Assembly: GCF_006345805.1 (NCBI RefSeq)
Contig: NC_042998.1
Location: 169,384,001 to 169,448,000, forward strand
Direction of reading: 5' to 3'
Length of the DNA: 64,000 nt
DNA from: Octopus sinensis
Taxonomy: Eukaryota
This document shows, piece by piece, positions 38,761-52,575 of the stretch. The position numbers and the translations under genes are program-made. The first letter of the stretch is position 1, and each line of letters starts with the position of its first letter. Below the pieces are notes generated by a model. That model was not told the DNA's origin and made no database searches. It was given only the letters and a program-made list of their open reading frames with translations.

Positions 38761-39361
38761 TTATTTTTTAAAACAGTATTTAGCAATATATTAAATGATA
38801 AAAAAAAAAAAAAAGTGAGGGTCAACTCCAGTTTATTATTTATACATATTTTTCAGACCAACTGATTAGGTAAAAATATTAAACATTGTGAAAAGGTTCA
38901 AGATGCAGCAGTAAATGCATAAGGAACTCAACAAAGGGGATTTGGGGTTTAATTCCTACTGAGTTCTTTTTAATTAACCATTGATTATTCATTACTAAAA
39001 ATTAAATCTAATATTCAAGCTTTAAAAAAAAAAAAATTTAAAAAAAACATTTCAATATAAACAATTCACCTGCTGTATTTTCCAGCATACAAGTTTGAAT
39101 TTTTCAGACCAAAATTTACAGCCAAAACAAGGCAGATCAACTTATACACCAAGACAACTTAGAGAACCAAAAATTCAATGTAAAAAGCAGCAGGATTTGG
39201 AAAGATAGTAACGATGCTTAAATATCTACACCAATACTGTTGAGTTGTATGCCAGAAAATATGGTATTAATGTTTTTCAAATATTTGTTGATAATAATAT
39301 AATATACTGTTTCTCTGCAGACTCGAAAAGGTCAAAGATGTATTAACAATAAAATAATTAC

Positions 39362-39471
39362 TTGTTTAATGGTAACAGCAGGTCTCCAATCTTTGTCTTC
39401 ATCCAGCAGTGACAGGCATACAGTTCCAGAGGGGTAAACATTTGGATGAAAGATTGGTGGTTCAAATTTGC
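39362..39471 (-). CDS. UBE2I: Ubc9 coding exon 4 with HPN motif and catalytic Cys ([36 protein letters not shown])
   Basis: 110 nt, AG/GT bounded, with the [13 protein letters not shown] Ubc9 signature. Confidence 0.98.
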
Positions 39472-39877
39472 CTAAAATAAATTTTGTTCCAACAATGACT
39501 TTGTTAAATCACATTTACAATCAACATGTTTATTTTTTTGAAATGCATTTGAGAAACAAGCATGAAAGCTTAAAAATCAATGCCTTGTCATATACAATCT
39601 CCATTAAGATGATTAAAATGAACTATTCATACACAAACATAGCTAGAGAATAAATTTCCTATAGTGAATAAAAACCATTAATACAGCCCCACCACCAACA
39701 AACTTCCATACCAGCATAAACCCTCAGCAAATCTTTCCAATGTAATCATCTGCCCAGCATGTTACTAGTACTAGTTGACCTGGGTGAAATTGAAAAAATA
39801 AACTTAAATACTACTAAGCCTTTACTGTTACTATACCAATTCAGCTCTCTAAAATATGTTCCCAAACAAAATAAAAC

Positions 39878-40281
39878 TTCTATATTTAAGAGATGAGGAA
39901 TTATATACATTATTTACATTTGACGGATATTTGTCCTCATCTTGTTTGTTAACATATTTTGGCCGATATATCCTCCAGCCTTCATCAGGTGTCTTGGGGA
40001 AAATTTGAACCTGGGTTCTCATTCCTAACGTATTTTTCGATATTATTATTATTATTCAGGTCACTACCTGGAATCGAACTCGGAATCTTGAGGTTAGTAG
40101 CCCACACTCTTAACCACTGCACCATATGCCCATGGAAACAATAACATCGAAAAACACCTTAGGAATGAGAACCCAGGTTCAAAATTTCCCCAAGACATCT
40201 GATGAATGCTGGAGGGTATATCAGCCAAAACGTGCTAACAACAAACAAGATGAGGACAAATATGTCAATTGTAAATAATGA
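39878..40281 (-). mobile_element. tRNA-headed, hammerhead-containing retroposon with inverted partial repeat (Penelope-like architecture)
   Basis: Minus strand: tRNA-like head 40130-40056 (A box TGGTGCAGTGG, B box GAGTTCGATTCC) followed by a body containing GACAC-CTGATGA-AGGCTG...CGGCC. An inverted copy of the body sits at 40138-40281. AAAATAAAA occurs on both flanks. Confidence 0.75.
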
Positions 40282-41796
40282 AAATAAAAGTTGCTTTACA
40301 CATTCACTTATTGTACTTAGCATTAACTTTGGTGTAATGAAGATAAGTCCTAAAATTCAGTTATTTGAAATGTTGGTGGGGAGGAGAATTTAAAACTAGA
40401 CCCCTGCTTAATGCCCAACTCATCCCTACAACAAAATCCAGTTTTTTTCAAGCTATTCAGAGCGCTAATCAAACTCACAAGCATTTATATGCAACTGATC
40501 AGTTTGTGAGGGATAGCAGCCATATTTCCTTCAAATACAGCTTATTGCCTTCAAAAATGAAGATCATCATCATCGTCATCTTCGTTTAGCGTCCACTTTC
40601 CATGCTAGCAGGGGTTGGACATGTTGAATAATGCAGTCTTAGCTATACAAAAAACCATGATGAAAACATCTTTTCCATCACAAGTGACCCGAAGATAAAC
40701 AACTTTACTAGCAGTTAGGTTTAAAATCCCTGATGTTGAGTTCAAAGATAAAATTGAGAAGTATTGTTAAGCAAATTAGTCCAACCTTTACAAGGAAGGA
40801 ATGGCTTAAGTTGTACTTGAATTGAACTATCACAATCAATAATTGTAATATCAAATATGTTGTAGATTTTTATCTCAAAGAAATCTAGATTATCTTTTAA
40901 AAAATACACTTCTAAAAACATTTAATCACTAAATAAATTCTTGACATCTTCATCATCATTTAACGTCCGCTTTCCATGCTAGCGTGGGTTGGACGATTTG
41001 ACTGAGGAATGGTGAACCAGATGGCTGCGCCAGGTTCCAATTTTGATCTGGCAGAGTTTCTACAGCTTGATGCCCTTCCTAATGCCAACCACTTCAAGAG
41101 TGTAGTGGGTGCTTTTACATGCCACCAGCACGAGGGCCAGTTAGGCAGTTACTGGCAACGGCCACGCTCAAATGGTGTTTTTTACGTGCCACCTGCACTG
41201 GCAACAACCTCCCTCGAATGTTTTTTTCACATGCCAGTAAGGCGACGCTGGTAATGGTGAGGAAAAAATTAATTCAAGTATACAATCTTCATCCTTAAGA
41301 ATTGAATAAACTGTCCAGCCTTTTTAACGCTTTAGCATTTAAACCAGCCAAAATATTCTACCTCTTTCTTATTTAAACTTGCCAGATCCAACATCTCACA
41401 CTTAGCTAACAATGTCACAAAAATAAACAAAAGGTGGTGCTCCAGCTTGGCTGCAGTCAAATGACTGAAATGAGTAAAAGAGTAATCACATCATTGAAAG
41501 CTTGAAGCTATGACATAATACTTAATTCAAAACTATGCATATAACTAGGCATCACATTTGACAGAGTAATCCGAAAGATAATGGATATCATTAATATACC
41601 ATAATCTAGTGCAAGCAATTGAAGCAGCATTAAATTAAAATAGCTATCTCTGTAGCATAATGTAAGTACAATGTTGAAAGGGATACTTCGGTTTTGACCA
41701 CAGCATTTGGCCTGTCAACAGTTTATGTGCATTAAATGTGATACAGAAATGGTTATATTAATATTTCCTTTTGAAGAATTCCAAGTAATTACTCAC

Positions 41797-41869
41797 ACTT
41801 TGGAGGAGAACTTGGATAGTCATCTTTAAAAAGCATTCTTAATTTGTAGACACCAGCTTCCCATGGAGT
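41797..41869 (-). CDS. UBE2I: Ubc9 coding exon 3 (TPWEAGVYKLRMLFKDDYPSSPPK-C)
   Basis: 73 nt, TAG acceptor and GTGAG donor. Confidence 0.97.
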
Positions 41870-42748
41870 CTAGAAATGTAAAAAAATATTTTAAATATTA
41901 CCATAAAAAAATAAAAGCATGAATAAATTTCTAATACTAAATACATCAGAAACATTAAATATAAAGAAATACATATATTTTCTAAATTACTTGTTTCATT
42001 AGTCATGAACATTTTGGATAAGTTTTAATCCCTCTTAGATGTTCCCAACTATTTCTTCCTTGTCATTTATAAATGAAATGTTTTCACAAGAAGAATTCAG
42101 TAAGTTTTGAAAAAGTTTGCAAAAATTAAAAAATTATTTTATACATAAACAATGTCTGTCTATGCTCTTGCTCGATAGGGCTGGGGTCATCCCAGAGGCA
42201 TCATCATGCCTAGAGCTGATCAGGTCCACTAGCACTCCCCCATTGCTGGTGGTCCCATGCCAGCCCCTCTGCATCCTCCAATTTGATGTCAAACCTCCGG
42301 AGATCTTCCTTAATTATGTCCAACCAATAGAATGTGGTAAAATAAAAATTATTTTTTTCATTTTATCATTTAGTTGATTCAAAATGTCATCTTTTCATCA
42401 TTGTAGTTACTTAATGAGCACTTGATGCCTTTTGATTGGCCCACTCAATAAAGACAAATTCTTTTGAGTTCAGTGCCCCACTTTTCATTTCTTCTTGTTT
42501 TGTTTTAAATTTGTCCACATAAAAAGATTACTTTGCTACATTAGGGATCCAAAGAGGGATTTTGAACTCAAAACACACAAAAGGCTCTAAAATTCTAATT
42601 CACCACCATGGATTGGTACTTTGTTTATTTCAGTGAAATTTGAACACAGAATGCATAGAACCAGAACAAATACCTGAGAAGACATCTGATCAGGCACTCT
42701 GTAATGATAAAATGTAATGAAAACCCTGTAATGATAAAATATACTTAC

Positions 42749-42832
42749 TGATTTTTTCCCAGGAATTGCACATTCCCAATTCATAAGATTGAGAGAGCCA
42801 TCTGGATTCTTAATAGGTCTGGCAACAAAACC
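42749..42832 (-). CDS. UBE2I: Ubc9 coding exon 2 ([28 protein letters not shown])
   Basis: 84 nt, CAG acceptor and GTAAG donor. Confidence 0.97.
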
Positions 42833-44856
42833 CTGAAATAAGTTAAAATAGGGTCTTAAAAGTAAGAAAAAGACTATTAAATTAAATTTTTTAAAAATGA
42901 ACAGAAAAATAATTGTTTGGAGTTAGTCAAATAATTCTTTGATTTTTCTTCTTTTTTTAATGAGGTAATTATGTAAACTGGGTGAGTTTAATGCTTTTAC
43001 TAATTCCAACCCATGAGCTGGGATCATTGTTGAAACATTGCCAATTTATCTTTTGTTTTAAAAGACAAAGAAAAGGTGATTACATATGGTATAAAAGGTT
43101 CAGTATGTAAAGCTTGGCAATGACAGTTGAGATAAGAAAAGATTTCATAAAATAGTGAGCAATAAAAGAATGCCTTGGGGAGCATATTTTTGTATGTAAA
43201 CAACAGCAAACATAATTCATTAAGCAATTTCCTTCAAACTGTTCCTATTTTTAAAAATTTGTTTAATCCTGCATAATAATTACCTCTAACACACAAAAAA
43301 AGGAACAAAATCACTTTAAAAAATTAGAAGCAAGAGGATTCTGCTTCACATAAAAAAAAAAACTATTCAAATATTAATCAAAATATACAACACTATTTAG
43401 TTTTCCTGTAATGGTTTAAAACAAACATAAATACGGATTTAAAAATGAACAAATTTGTTGATCTATAACATCAAAATATTGACTATATTATGAGATACTT
43501 CTCACTAACTGGAAAAAATGATTTGCAAACAAAAGGATTTGAACTCAGACTTGAAAGCTATCAACCCACCCGTCAATTATATGAATTAACTGCTTGCAAT
43601 AGTGGGTTGTACTTCCTCAGTCAAAGAAGCTGAGTCACTAATAGTATCTTGATTTGAGATACATCAGTGTGAGATATTAATAGATAAATCTTCAGCTCAA
43701 AGACTGGTAATCTACTGACACAAGATTTTGAATTTAAATGCATTAGCACAAAAACTAAGGATTTGAAGTAAGGTTATTTATCAATTCAACTTCTGCGTAA
43801 ATTTTTAAAAGTGTTATGCTAAATTATTTTCCCACCTTACAATGTTTATCACCAGTCAAAAGTTACAATTAATTATAATTAGCCTACTCATACATAATTA
43901 GGCAAAGAAATATGCATAGTTGGGTTAGTGGAATTCAAAGGTTATATATTCAAAGATCATAGGATTCCCTTCATTCTTGTTTTTAATCAACTTACATTTT
44001 ACTCTTAACTCATGTCGAATGTTTAGTGTTAAATTGGTATCCAATGTAAAAAGTGTAATCTCAGAGTAGTAAGGAAATATATCAGAGTACAAAAGAAAAA
44101 GAAACTCTGATATATACATCTCAGAAACACAAGAATGGCCGTGTGATGCAGTTCACTTTGCAGTGAGAGTAGGTGTTTTCCACCATCGCCTAGAGTTGAC
44201 CAAATCCATCTCAGTGGAAATTGATACACAGAAACTCTGTAAGCCCATCCTACAGATATGTGTGTGTGTATGTATAAGAGAGCAATAAAAACCAATAAAC
44301 TAGTTCTTTCAAACAAAACTACTTTGTGGTACTTCTGTTTTGACAGTTTCAAACACTCCCTTGTCACAGTGGAAATTCCATACAGTAAACTAGTCAGGAA
44401 CTCAATCAACAATGGTATTATTAAAAGAAATGCAGTAAAAACAAAAAAATTTTACATGGCATCTGGGAATATTAATAAAAATATAAACATTAATGCCTTA
44501 TAAAGAAAAATAGTCAACACATCAAAATACAAAAAAGTAGAGTGTGCACTAAACAAACAAAACTGCAGAATGTTGATATCAATCAAGTGTATATAAAATT
44601 CCTTTACAATACATGGAGACAAGATTTCAAGATGAAATAACATGTTTTAAATTGTGTTGTTCATTTTTATCAAAATATGTCAGGCGTGGCCGTGTTAAGA
44701 AGCTTGCTTCCCAACCACATGGTTCTAGGTTCAGTCCCACTGTGTGGCACCTTGAACAAGTGTATTCTGCTATAGCCTCAGCCTGACCAAAGCCATGTGA
44801 GTGGATTTGGTAGATAGAAACTGTGTGTGTGTGTGTATTATATATATATATATATA

Positions 44857-45195
44857 TAGGGGTTGGACAAAATAATAGAAACACCTAGCATCATAACTTT
44901 GAAACATCTATAAAACCATCAACAGCTTGTTTATTTTTGATTTTTTTTATATTTATTATTAGTGTTGCTTAATATGTTTTGCTAAAATTGCTGTTTCTTT
45001 TCAGATATCATAAGAAAAAGGTAATTAAATTTCATTAAAATGACAGATCTAGCAGACTTTCAAAGAGGTGAAATTGTTGGTGCTTGTATGATGGGCAATA
45101 GCATAACAAAAACAGCCAAAATGTTTGGTGTATCAAGAAGTACTATCATGAAAGAAATGATAGCCTTTGAGAAAGAGGGAAAAAACCTCCTCGTT
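44857..45195 (+). mobile_element. Tc1-like transposon, left end and N-terminal HTH
   Basis: (TA)n-AGGGGTTGGACAAAATAATAGAAACA end followed by MTDLADFQRGEIVGACMMGNSITKTAKMFGVSRSTI. Confidence 0.75.
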
Positions 45196-46548
45196 GATTA
45201 AGTGTTTTCACCTCATCCCAATCTTTACATTCTTTCACGAAGATTTGCTCATATCTTAGTATGCTTTGAAGGTAACTCCTCCATCAGGTTTGTATTTGAA
45301 CTCTGTTATGGAGTTTGCGACAGTTTGGCAAGAACACTTTTTCTGAATTTCCTGACTTCATTAATTGCAGTATTTGTTGCTGTAATAGTAATTGTTGTTG
45401 TTTTTGCAACTCCAGCAAACTGGCCAACAAATTTTCCATAATTTTTATGACTTTTTTTTTCATAAAATTCACACAAAACTTTGTGAGTTAACTTCTTGTG
45501 AGTTGTTAATTTCTTGTAGAGTTTATTAATTCCTCATGAGTTGTTTAAATCCTCATTTTCAGCGAAGGTATAGAATCAGGGTTTTCCTTCAATTAGATGG
45601 GTTGTACCTGCAAGTTAGTACTCCATCAGCTTGACTTACTTATTAACCCCTAACCTGGGAACAATAATGGCTAAGATGTGGTTCTACACTCCTCAAAACC
45701 CTGGAGCTCCTGAATCATGTCCCACCGCTACTAGATGCTTAATGTGTTTTATAATTGACAAAACTCTTCAGTTTAAAGAAAATTTATTGAAACAGAATTC
45801 TTTACTATTCTATTTAAATATATTTAATTGTGTCTGAAATTTTTAACAAACTTTCAGAGCTAGTTTTGTTTAAGCATTACCAACTCAAAATAACTAGCAT
45901 TCTTATTCTCTGCAAGAAAGATTACAGGAACAAAGATTGAATTTCTATACAAATGACTTTTAATTCATAACATCTAAATTTATATGGAAAATTTAGTACA
46001 AAAAAAAAATCCTTTTTAAAATTAACTACTCAAAATTTTAGAAATTCTTTTCAAAATAAAAATATGGAAAAATCCTTACCGGTTTTAGTGAAATAAAGTA
46101 AGTCAAATACTATAATAACCTTTGTGAGAATGAGGGCCACAAGTTTGTGGCACCACATTCTCACTTATCAAATAAAGTAATAATAATTATTCTGAAATCT
46201 ATGGATGTCATGATTATAACGAGGAGTGTATTCATACAGCATCTTCCTACTTGTGACTGAGCTTAAGAATTATTTCATTAGAAATAGTTATGAAGTGTTC
46301 AGACATCTCAGTTACTCAAGTATAAATTGCAAAGAAATTATAAAATTGAATGCCAACTGTATTTTTTAATGACCCATTTCCTCTAACCATGACCCAAGAC
46401 CAAATATTATTTGTACTTTTTATATTTCAAAACTGGTTAGGTGGGATGAAAATGGCTAAAGAAATATTTGTCATATCTAGTTTTTCTCTAAGTTCAACAA
46501 AATGGTGAATGAACATTGTTCATTCACCAGTGACAAAACAACTATTAA

Positions 46549-46768
46549 CACTTTCATTACCAACCCGGCTGAAACTGGCTCTGGCACTGAGTACAAATGT
46601 CTTGTTTTCATAAGTTTTGAATTAGAATCTTTCACCAAACCCTAGTCACAATTTATGTTCCTAACACTAGCTTAATGACGACTAAGCTATTTTACTAAAT
46701 TCTATGTTATATTTAAAATAATTGAAAGAAACACAGAGCATCTCAAAATAAATACGGTAACGAAAGGG
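46549..46768. mobile_element. piggyBac-type MITE
   Basis: TTAA-CACTTTCATTACC ... GGTAACGAAAGGG-TTAA; termini are shared with the element at 49073. Confidence 0.8.
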
Positions 46769-49072
46769 TTAAATATCCACTACATACTAAATCGCATTTT
46801 TGTGGGTCTGTTTGTGATAGATCCTTGAACTTCATATTCTTATTCTATCCACGATACTTTTAAAATATCTACTTCTACTGCTGTTTAAGACCATCTAAGT
46901 AACAGATGTCAAGTGATTCTGCTACAATGGTGTCTTAAATGTGAATGAAATAATCAAAAACTAAGAAATAATTCAAAGAGTAGGGAATGCTTTTAATGAG
47001 AACATAAACCGATCACAAGTTTGTAAAAATCTGTGAAGATGTATCTAATGAGGAAAATAATGAACTTTTCATTTTATAAGTTCAAATTAAATTACTGTTT
47101 TGGTCTGAAGGTTTAACCCTTTAGCATTTTAACTGAAATATTCTGATTTGTGCTTATAAAAAATACTTCCTGCCTCTCACACTTACCCTACAATGTCACT
47201 CTCAAAATCATGAAGTTATGAGATAATACAGTTAATTCAAAACAAAGTGAATAAATAAGCATTACATTTGACAGAGTAATTTGAATGCTGAAGGATTAAA
47301 CAGTGTTTACATGCCGGTTTTTAGAGATGATTTGAAACATTAAAAACTTATCCAAAATTATGACAAACAAGAAGAATTATATGGATGCAAATTTTATTTT
47401 GTTTTCCCATAAAAAGTGGGGAAAAGGGAATATTTTTCACTTTCAGAACCACTATATCTTAGCAAGAGAAGCGAACCTTTCCAGTGGACTGAAATTGCAG
47501 AACAACCAATCAAATGCTTTCATGTTGGAGGAAAGGTAGCTAATGCAATGTTTTTCATAGGAAGTACACCCCACCCTCTCTCCACTTAAGTAGGCCTGAA
47601 AAAGAGGCAGACAAACCGACGCATTTCAAAAATTAAAGGTGATCTGAAACTTTTAAAACTTGTTCAACACCATGAAAGAAAGCAGAAATGTATCTTCTCT
47701 TGATTAAGTCATTGAGACTGCAGCTATGTTGGGACACCACGTCAAAGGATTTTAGTTGAACAAATCCACTCTAGTACTTCTTTGCTTTTAAATTTGGTAC
47801 TTATTCTACCAGTTACTATTGCTGAACTGCTAAGCTACAGGGAATGTAAACAAATCAACACTGGTTATCAAGTGGTTTTACTCATAAAACATTGGTTGGC
47901 CAGTGATATAGCAAAAGGTGCCTTGCAGTGGAACTGAACTCAAAACCACATGGTGGTAAAGTGAGCTTATTAACCACAAAACCGTGTCTGCATGGATGCT
48001 AACTACTTCATCATCTCATTAATTGAGTGAGAGGAAGTAAAAACAGCTATGCTGATGTTTTCCTTATTTCTGTGGGGGCAAGTGTCATTAGTCTGAAAGC
48101 TGCAGAAGGAGGGTATTGAACATTTTTAAAAGTTGTTCAACACCATGAACTATAGAGATGCAAATTATTTTACATTCTCATTGATAAGGTAGGTGAATGT
48201 GGAAATGTAGCAGAATTGTTAGCATGCCAGACAGAATGTTTAGCAGCATTCTTTTTTCCTGACTTTACGATTTGGGCTCAAATTCCACTGAAGTCAGCTG
48301 ACTTTCATCCTTTCAGAATCAAATCAAATACTAGTTGAACACTAGGGTTGATATAATCAACTAGCACCCTGCCCCCAAAATTTCAGACCTTGTGCCTATT
48401 GTAGAAAAAATAAAATGGGTGGTGTATCTGTGGCAAGGTGGAATTTTTAATGCATGCACAGGTTAGTTGGGTGGAAGCAGGAACAACTGTACCAATGTAC
48501 TTATTTCTGTTGGATGAGCATTGTTATTCTGATAGCTAGAGAGGATTGAGTGGGTGAGGGACCCCAAAAATTTATCTAATATTTCAAAGGAGGTTGATTG
48601 GTGCAGGAAACAAATGTGCTGATGTATCATTTCTGTCAAAAGGAGGGTATTGTTATTCTGATAGCCAGAGTACAGAATAATTATTTTTAAAAATTGAAAT
48701 TTAGGATAAAAAAGCTTTTCAGGGACTTGAGTGTTATTTCTTGCAGGTAAAGTTTTGAAGCCTTCACCTCATTCCATCTGCTGTTTCAACAAGTATCCAC
48801 ATGAATAAAAGAGTGGAGGAGTTTAAAAACACCTAGATGGTGCTATGAAAATCAGAGAGGAAGGATTTCAAAAAATATATATTTTTGGAAAAGAATTTTT
48901 TTTAAGAATCAGAATCTTCAGAATTTCAAAAATAAGTAATAATGATAAAAAAGAACAAAAAAACATCGGCATAGTGAAGGAGCAGCTAAAATTTTGAAAA
49001 GCTGTTTTGGGGGTAAAAATTTAATCTAAGTTGCTGAAAATTTATGACACCAAATAAATTTTTCTTCCTTAA

Positions 49073-50131
49073 CCCTTTCGTTACTATATTTCTGACCAAA
49101 ATACACCCCTCATGAGTTTCAATTAAATTCTAAAATAATCATGAATCTAGGCTTGTTTCATTAAATAACTGTAACTTTTTTACTTAACATATTAATGTGA
49201 TATTTGGAACATAATTAAAGAAAGGGTTCTTAATCAATTCTATTGCATAACTTTTGTCTCAAAGTGACTTTAATTACAGGTAAATTGAGCAAAAGGTAAA
49301 AATATTAAAATTTTGTTTAAACATCACCATAGAAAATGAATCATCAGCTAATATTCAAATGGGTATGCAACAAAATTTTTATAAAGAAGAATTGTGCACA
49401 TCACTATATCATCAGTTAAATTTAATGCACAACAGGTGTACCATAAAGGTGGAATGAAGTGAAATACTGGAATCCACCGTAAGTTTGACCGAACTAAAGA
49501 AATCGGTCAAAAAATAATATACAGCCCTGGTTATGGTATGGAAGTGATAAATTCCAGACCACATCGTTCCCTAGGCCATGCTGACTAACATTATTTTCCC
49601 TGTATAAAAAATAAATCCACGCAGTACCCAGTATTTGCTTCACAAATTTTCCGAAATTTGAACCCCCATTTTGCGTTTGTTTACATTCTGCGTAAGTTTG
49701 TTTCCGCATTGATCACTTCAAACAATAACTTCCAGACCACATCATACCCTAAGCCATGCTGACTAACAACAGTTTCCCTGTATAAAAACTAAATCCACAA
49801 CAGTACCCAGTATTTGTTTCACAAATTTTCCAATTCGGAATCAATGCTTGATAACATGAAACTCCTATCCATTTTCTAAGTTGAAGAAAAATCGATGCCA
49901 AAAAAATGTGGGAAAAATCTCCCAAAATTCAGGGAATTAAAATTACACGTCGATCATTGTACAAAACTGTAGATGAACTGTTTACGAAGCATAATCACGT
50001 GTTTTCACGAATGTACTAAAGAGATATGCTCTGATATTCTCATTTAAATATGAATAGGTAAATTCGGGCGGCTTTGGGCGGTTTGGTCACATTAACCAAA
50101 ATTTCTTTCGGGCGGCTTCGTAACGAAAGGG
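49073..50131 (-). mobile_element. Internally deleted piggyBac element with transposase remnants
   Basis: TTAA TSD and TIR CCCTTTCGTTAC/GTAACGAAAGGG. Minus-strand remnants KICEANTGYCVD, HGLGNDVVWNL and LFFDRF. A ~100-bp internal duplication (~49552-49655 vs ~49729-49832). Confidence 0.85.
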
Positions 50132-51549
50132 TTAATCCTCCTCTCTTCTCTCCCAAAAGAATCAAAAACTTACATGACCTCTTAATTAGAAGCTCCCATT
50201 CCTTCTGTAACACAAAGTTCTACAACCACCTTTGAGTGCTCCTATTCTGTTTTGCTATACTTTATTACCAACAGCACACCCATGATAACATGTCACCAAC
50301 TATCTTGATTTCATCTCCACTAATCTCAAACAAAGTATCAAATGCAAATTAAGTAGTCCCCTACATATGTGGAAGAAACCAGATGTTTAGGAGACTACTA
50401 CTGTAAGCAGTTTTGTGATGTTTGCAACAGCACCAAGGCAATCTTCAAATCCATTATTCCTTTATTCTTACATCTGAATGTAATTTTTATATTGCAATTC
50501 AACCTTCACTCATAAACACAAAGAGGAAAATCTAATCTAGGGCCACAAGTATTAATGTCTCGTATTCTCCAACTTCACCCAAACGGCTATCTCTTTTTTT
50601 TTTATGCACCAGTGTTGGGAAGGGCATCCAACCATAGAAACCTTGCTACATCAGATCAGAACCTGGTGCAGCTCCCCAGCTTACCAATTTTCAGTCAAAC
50701 CATCCAACCCAAGCCTTTATGGAAAACAGATATTAAATGATGACAGTTTTGTGACTGTTCAATTAATGTCCCACCTCCTCTTTATAACTATATACATAAA
50801 CTTCCTTGCTTGGAAATAAGTGAGGGTCAACAACAGGAAGGGTATCTGGCCATAGAAAATCAGCCTCAACAAATTCTATTGGACCCATGTTTGCACACCC
50901 ATACATATGTGTATATGAGTGTTGTTTGAATGTCTACAGCAGTTCTGTCATCACATTTCAAAGTTGTTCCAAATTTGCCAGTTCTTTTATTTTCTCTTCA
51001 ACCTGACCATTGCTCCTCTCCACCACTTGTTATCCCTCCTTTCTCAGCATTTCTCATTAATTCCAACTTATTTACCCTTCAACACACACACACACTCTCT
51101 AACAAAGAATTCTCTGAAACAAACTCCTCTACATGGAATAAAATTTATTCCACTGTTTGAAATATTGTTATTGCTTTTTGCTAGTGCAAATGACTAGTTT
51201 TCTTAGATTCTACTGTTTAACCAGTAGAGAAAGATTTGTACCCATAAATTAATTTAACCAGTTAAACACTAATTATTCATAAGATAAAATCCTTGTAGGA
51301 CTGCCACTTTCACTGGTTTTTCAAAATAATTACCAAGATGATTTTTATTTTACAAATTTATGCTTGACTTTAAAAACTAATAACTATTTTAATCACCCTT
51401 TACTAAGAAACAAAATTTACAACATACAATTACCAAAGATCTGTAATTGTATAAAATGGGTTGCTTTGCAGTCTTTCTAAATCTTGAGCCCAGATAAGTA
51501 AATTTCAAAATATACAGTAGAGACACAAACAACAAATAAAACAGCTTAC

Positions 51550-51615
51550 AAAAGGATGATCTTTTCTCCAAGCTTTTCTTTCTTCAGCTAAACGGCCCAC
51601 AGCAATTCCAGACAT
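51550..51615 (-). CDS. UBE2I: Ubc9 coding exon 1 ([22 protein letters not shown])
   Basis: ATG at 51615, GTAAG donor at 51549, acceptor at 51624 just upstream of the ATG. The six exons sum to 480 nt = 159 aa + stop, in frame. Confidence 0.97.
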
Positions 51616-52575
51616 AATCTCAACTGTAAAGAAATATATTGAAATGTTAGTATTTATGATAAATATTTACATCAATATTATTCAAAGATTTCATACAGAA
51701 ATCTTTGCCAAAGAATGAGAAACAGGTTCTGATAGTTTAGACAAAGAACTTCTTTAATAAACTTTTTCTTTCTTAGTGATACAGGCTATTTACTAGTTTC
51801 CTCCAAATATCTTTGTTTCATTTTTAAATATCTAACCAAAGAGTATGTCCTATCTCATAATATTACTTAATTGATTATTTGATGACAGTTCAACAAGAAT
51901 ATAAAATCACATCTTGCTAAAATTCATGTTTTATGACATTTTTTTAAAAGTAAATTTTAATCCAAGGAGGAAGTCAATACAAGTTAATAATCAATTTGAA
52001 TTTCTGCAGACTTATCTAAATGGAGCATGTGGAAAGGAAAAAAAAAAAAGAGTTCTGGAAATAAGGTATGCTATTGTCCCTACAGAATCGAGATGATAGA
52101 ATTAAGATGAAACGTGGATTTGGTGATACAGAACTTGTTAGTTCACCACAGTGTGCAACTGGTTATGTGTTTGTTAATTGAAGATTTGCCAATCAGTTGA
52201 ATGACTTTTCTTTTTAATTTAGATCTAGTTTGTTTCATTATATTTGTACAGCAGCATTGCTTTATATAAATGAACAGTACTCTGATACGAGAAAACATAC
52301 AATACAAAAACAGCTGTTCAGAACTGAAATAGAGTTTGGTTAAGAAAAGAAGGCCTAGCCTCTGAGATGCAGCAGATGTATAAAAACAACAAAGGATCCA
52401 CTGTCTCCCTCAAATTACACCTTACAAAGACAGAATTGCAGACACTAACAATGATAACAACAAAATAAGATAAAAGAATCAATTCAGGAAATAAAATTTC
52501 TTGATCATGTCATTTGCTTCAGAGTTTTAGATTGCCATAAGAAATTTCTCTAATCAATATTTCAGAATAATATGT

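Noticed and set aside
40056-40130. Bona fide tRNA gene
   Set aside because: A and B boxes are present, but there is no clean acceptor stem or oligo-T terminator, and it is fused to a repeat body; treated as a SINE head.
46205-46262. C/D-box snoRNA (ATGATTA...CTGA)
   Set aside because: Antisense to the host gene, imperfect C box, and no recognisable guide.
48040-48680. Degenerate ~130-bp direct repeats
   Set aside because: Likely the internal structure of an old unclassified repeat; nothing distinctive.
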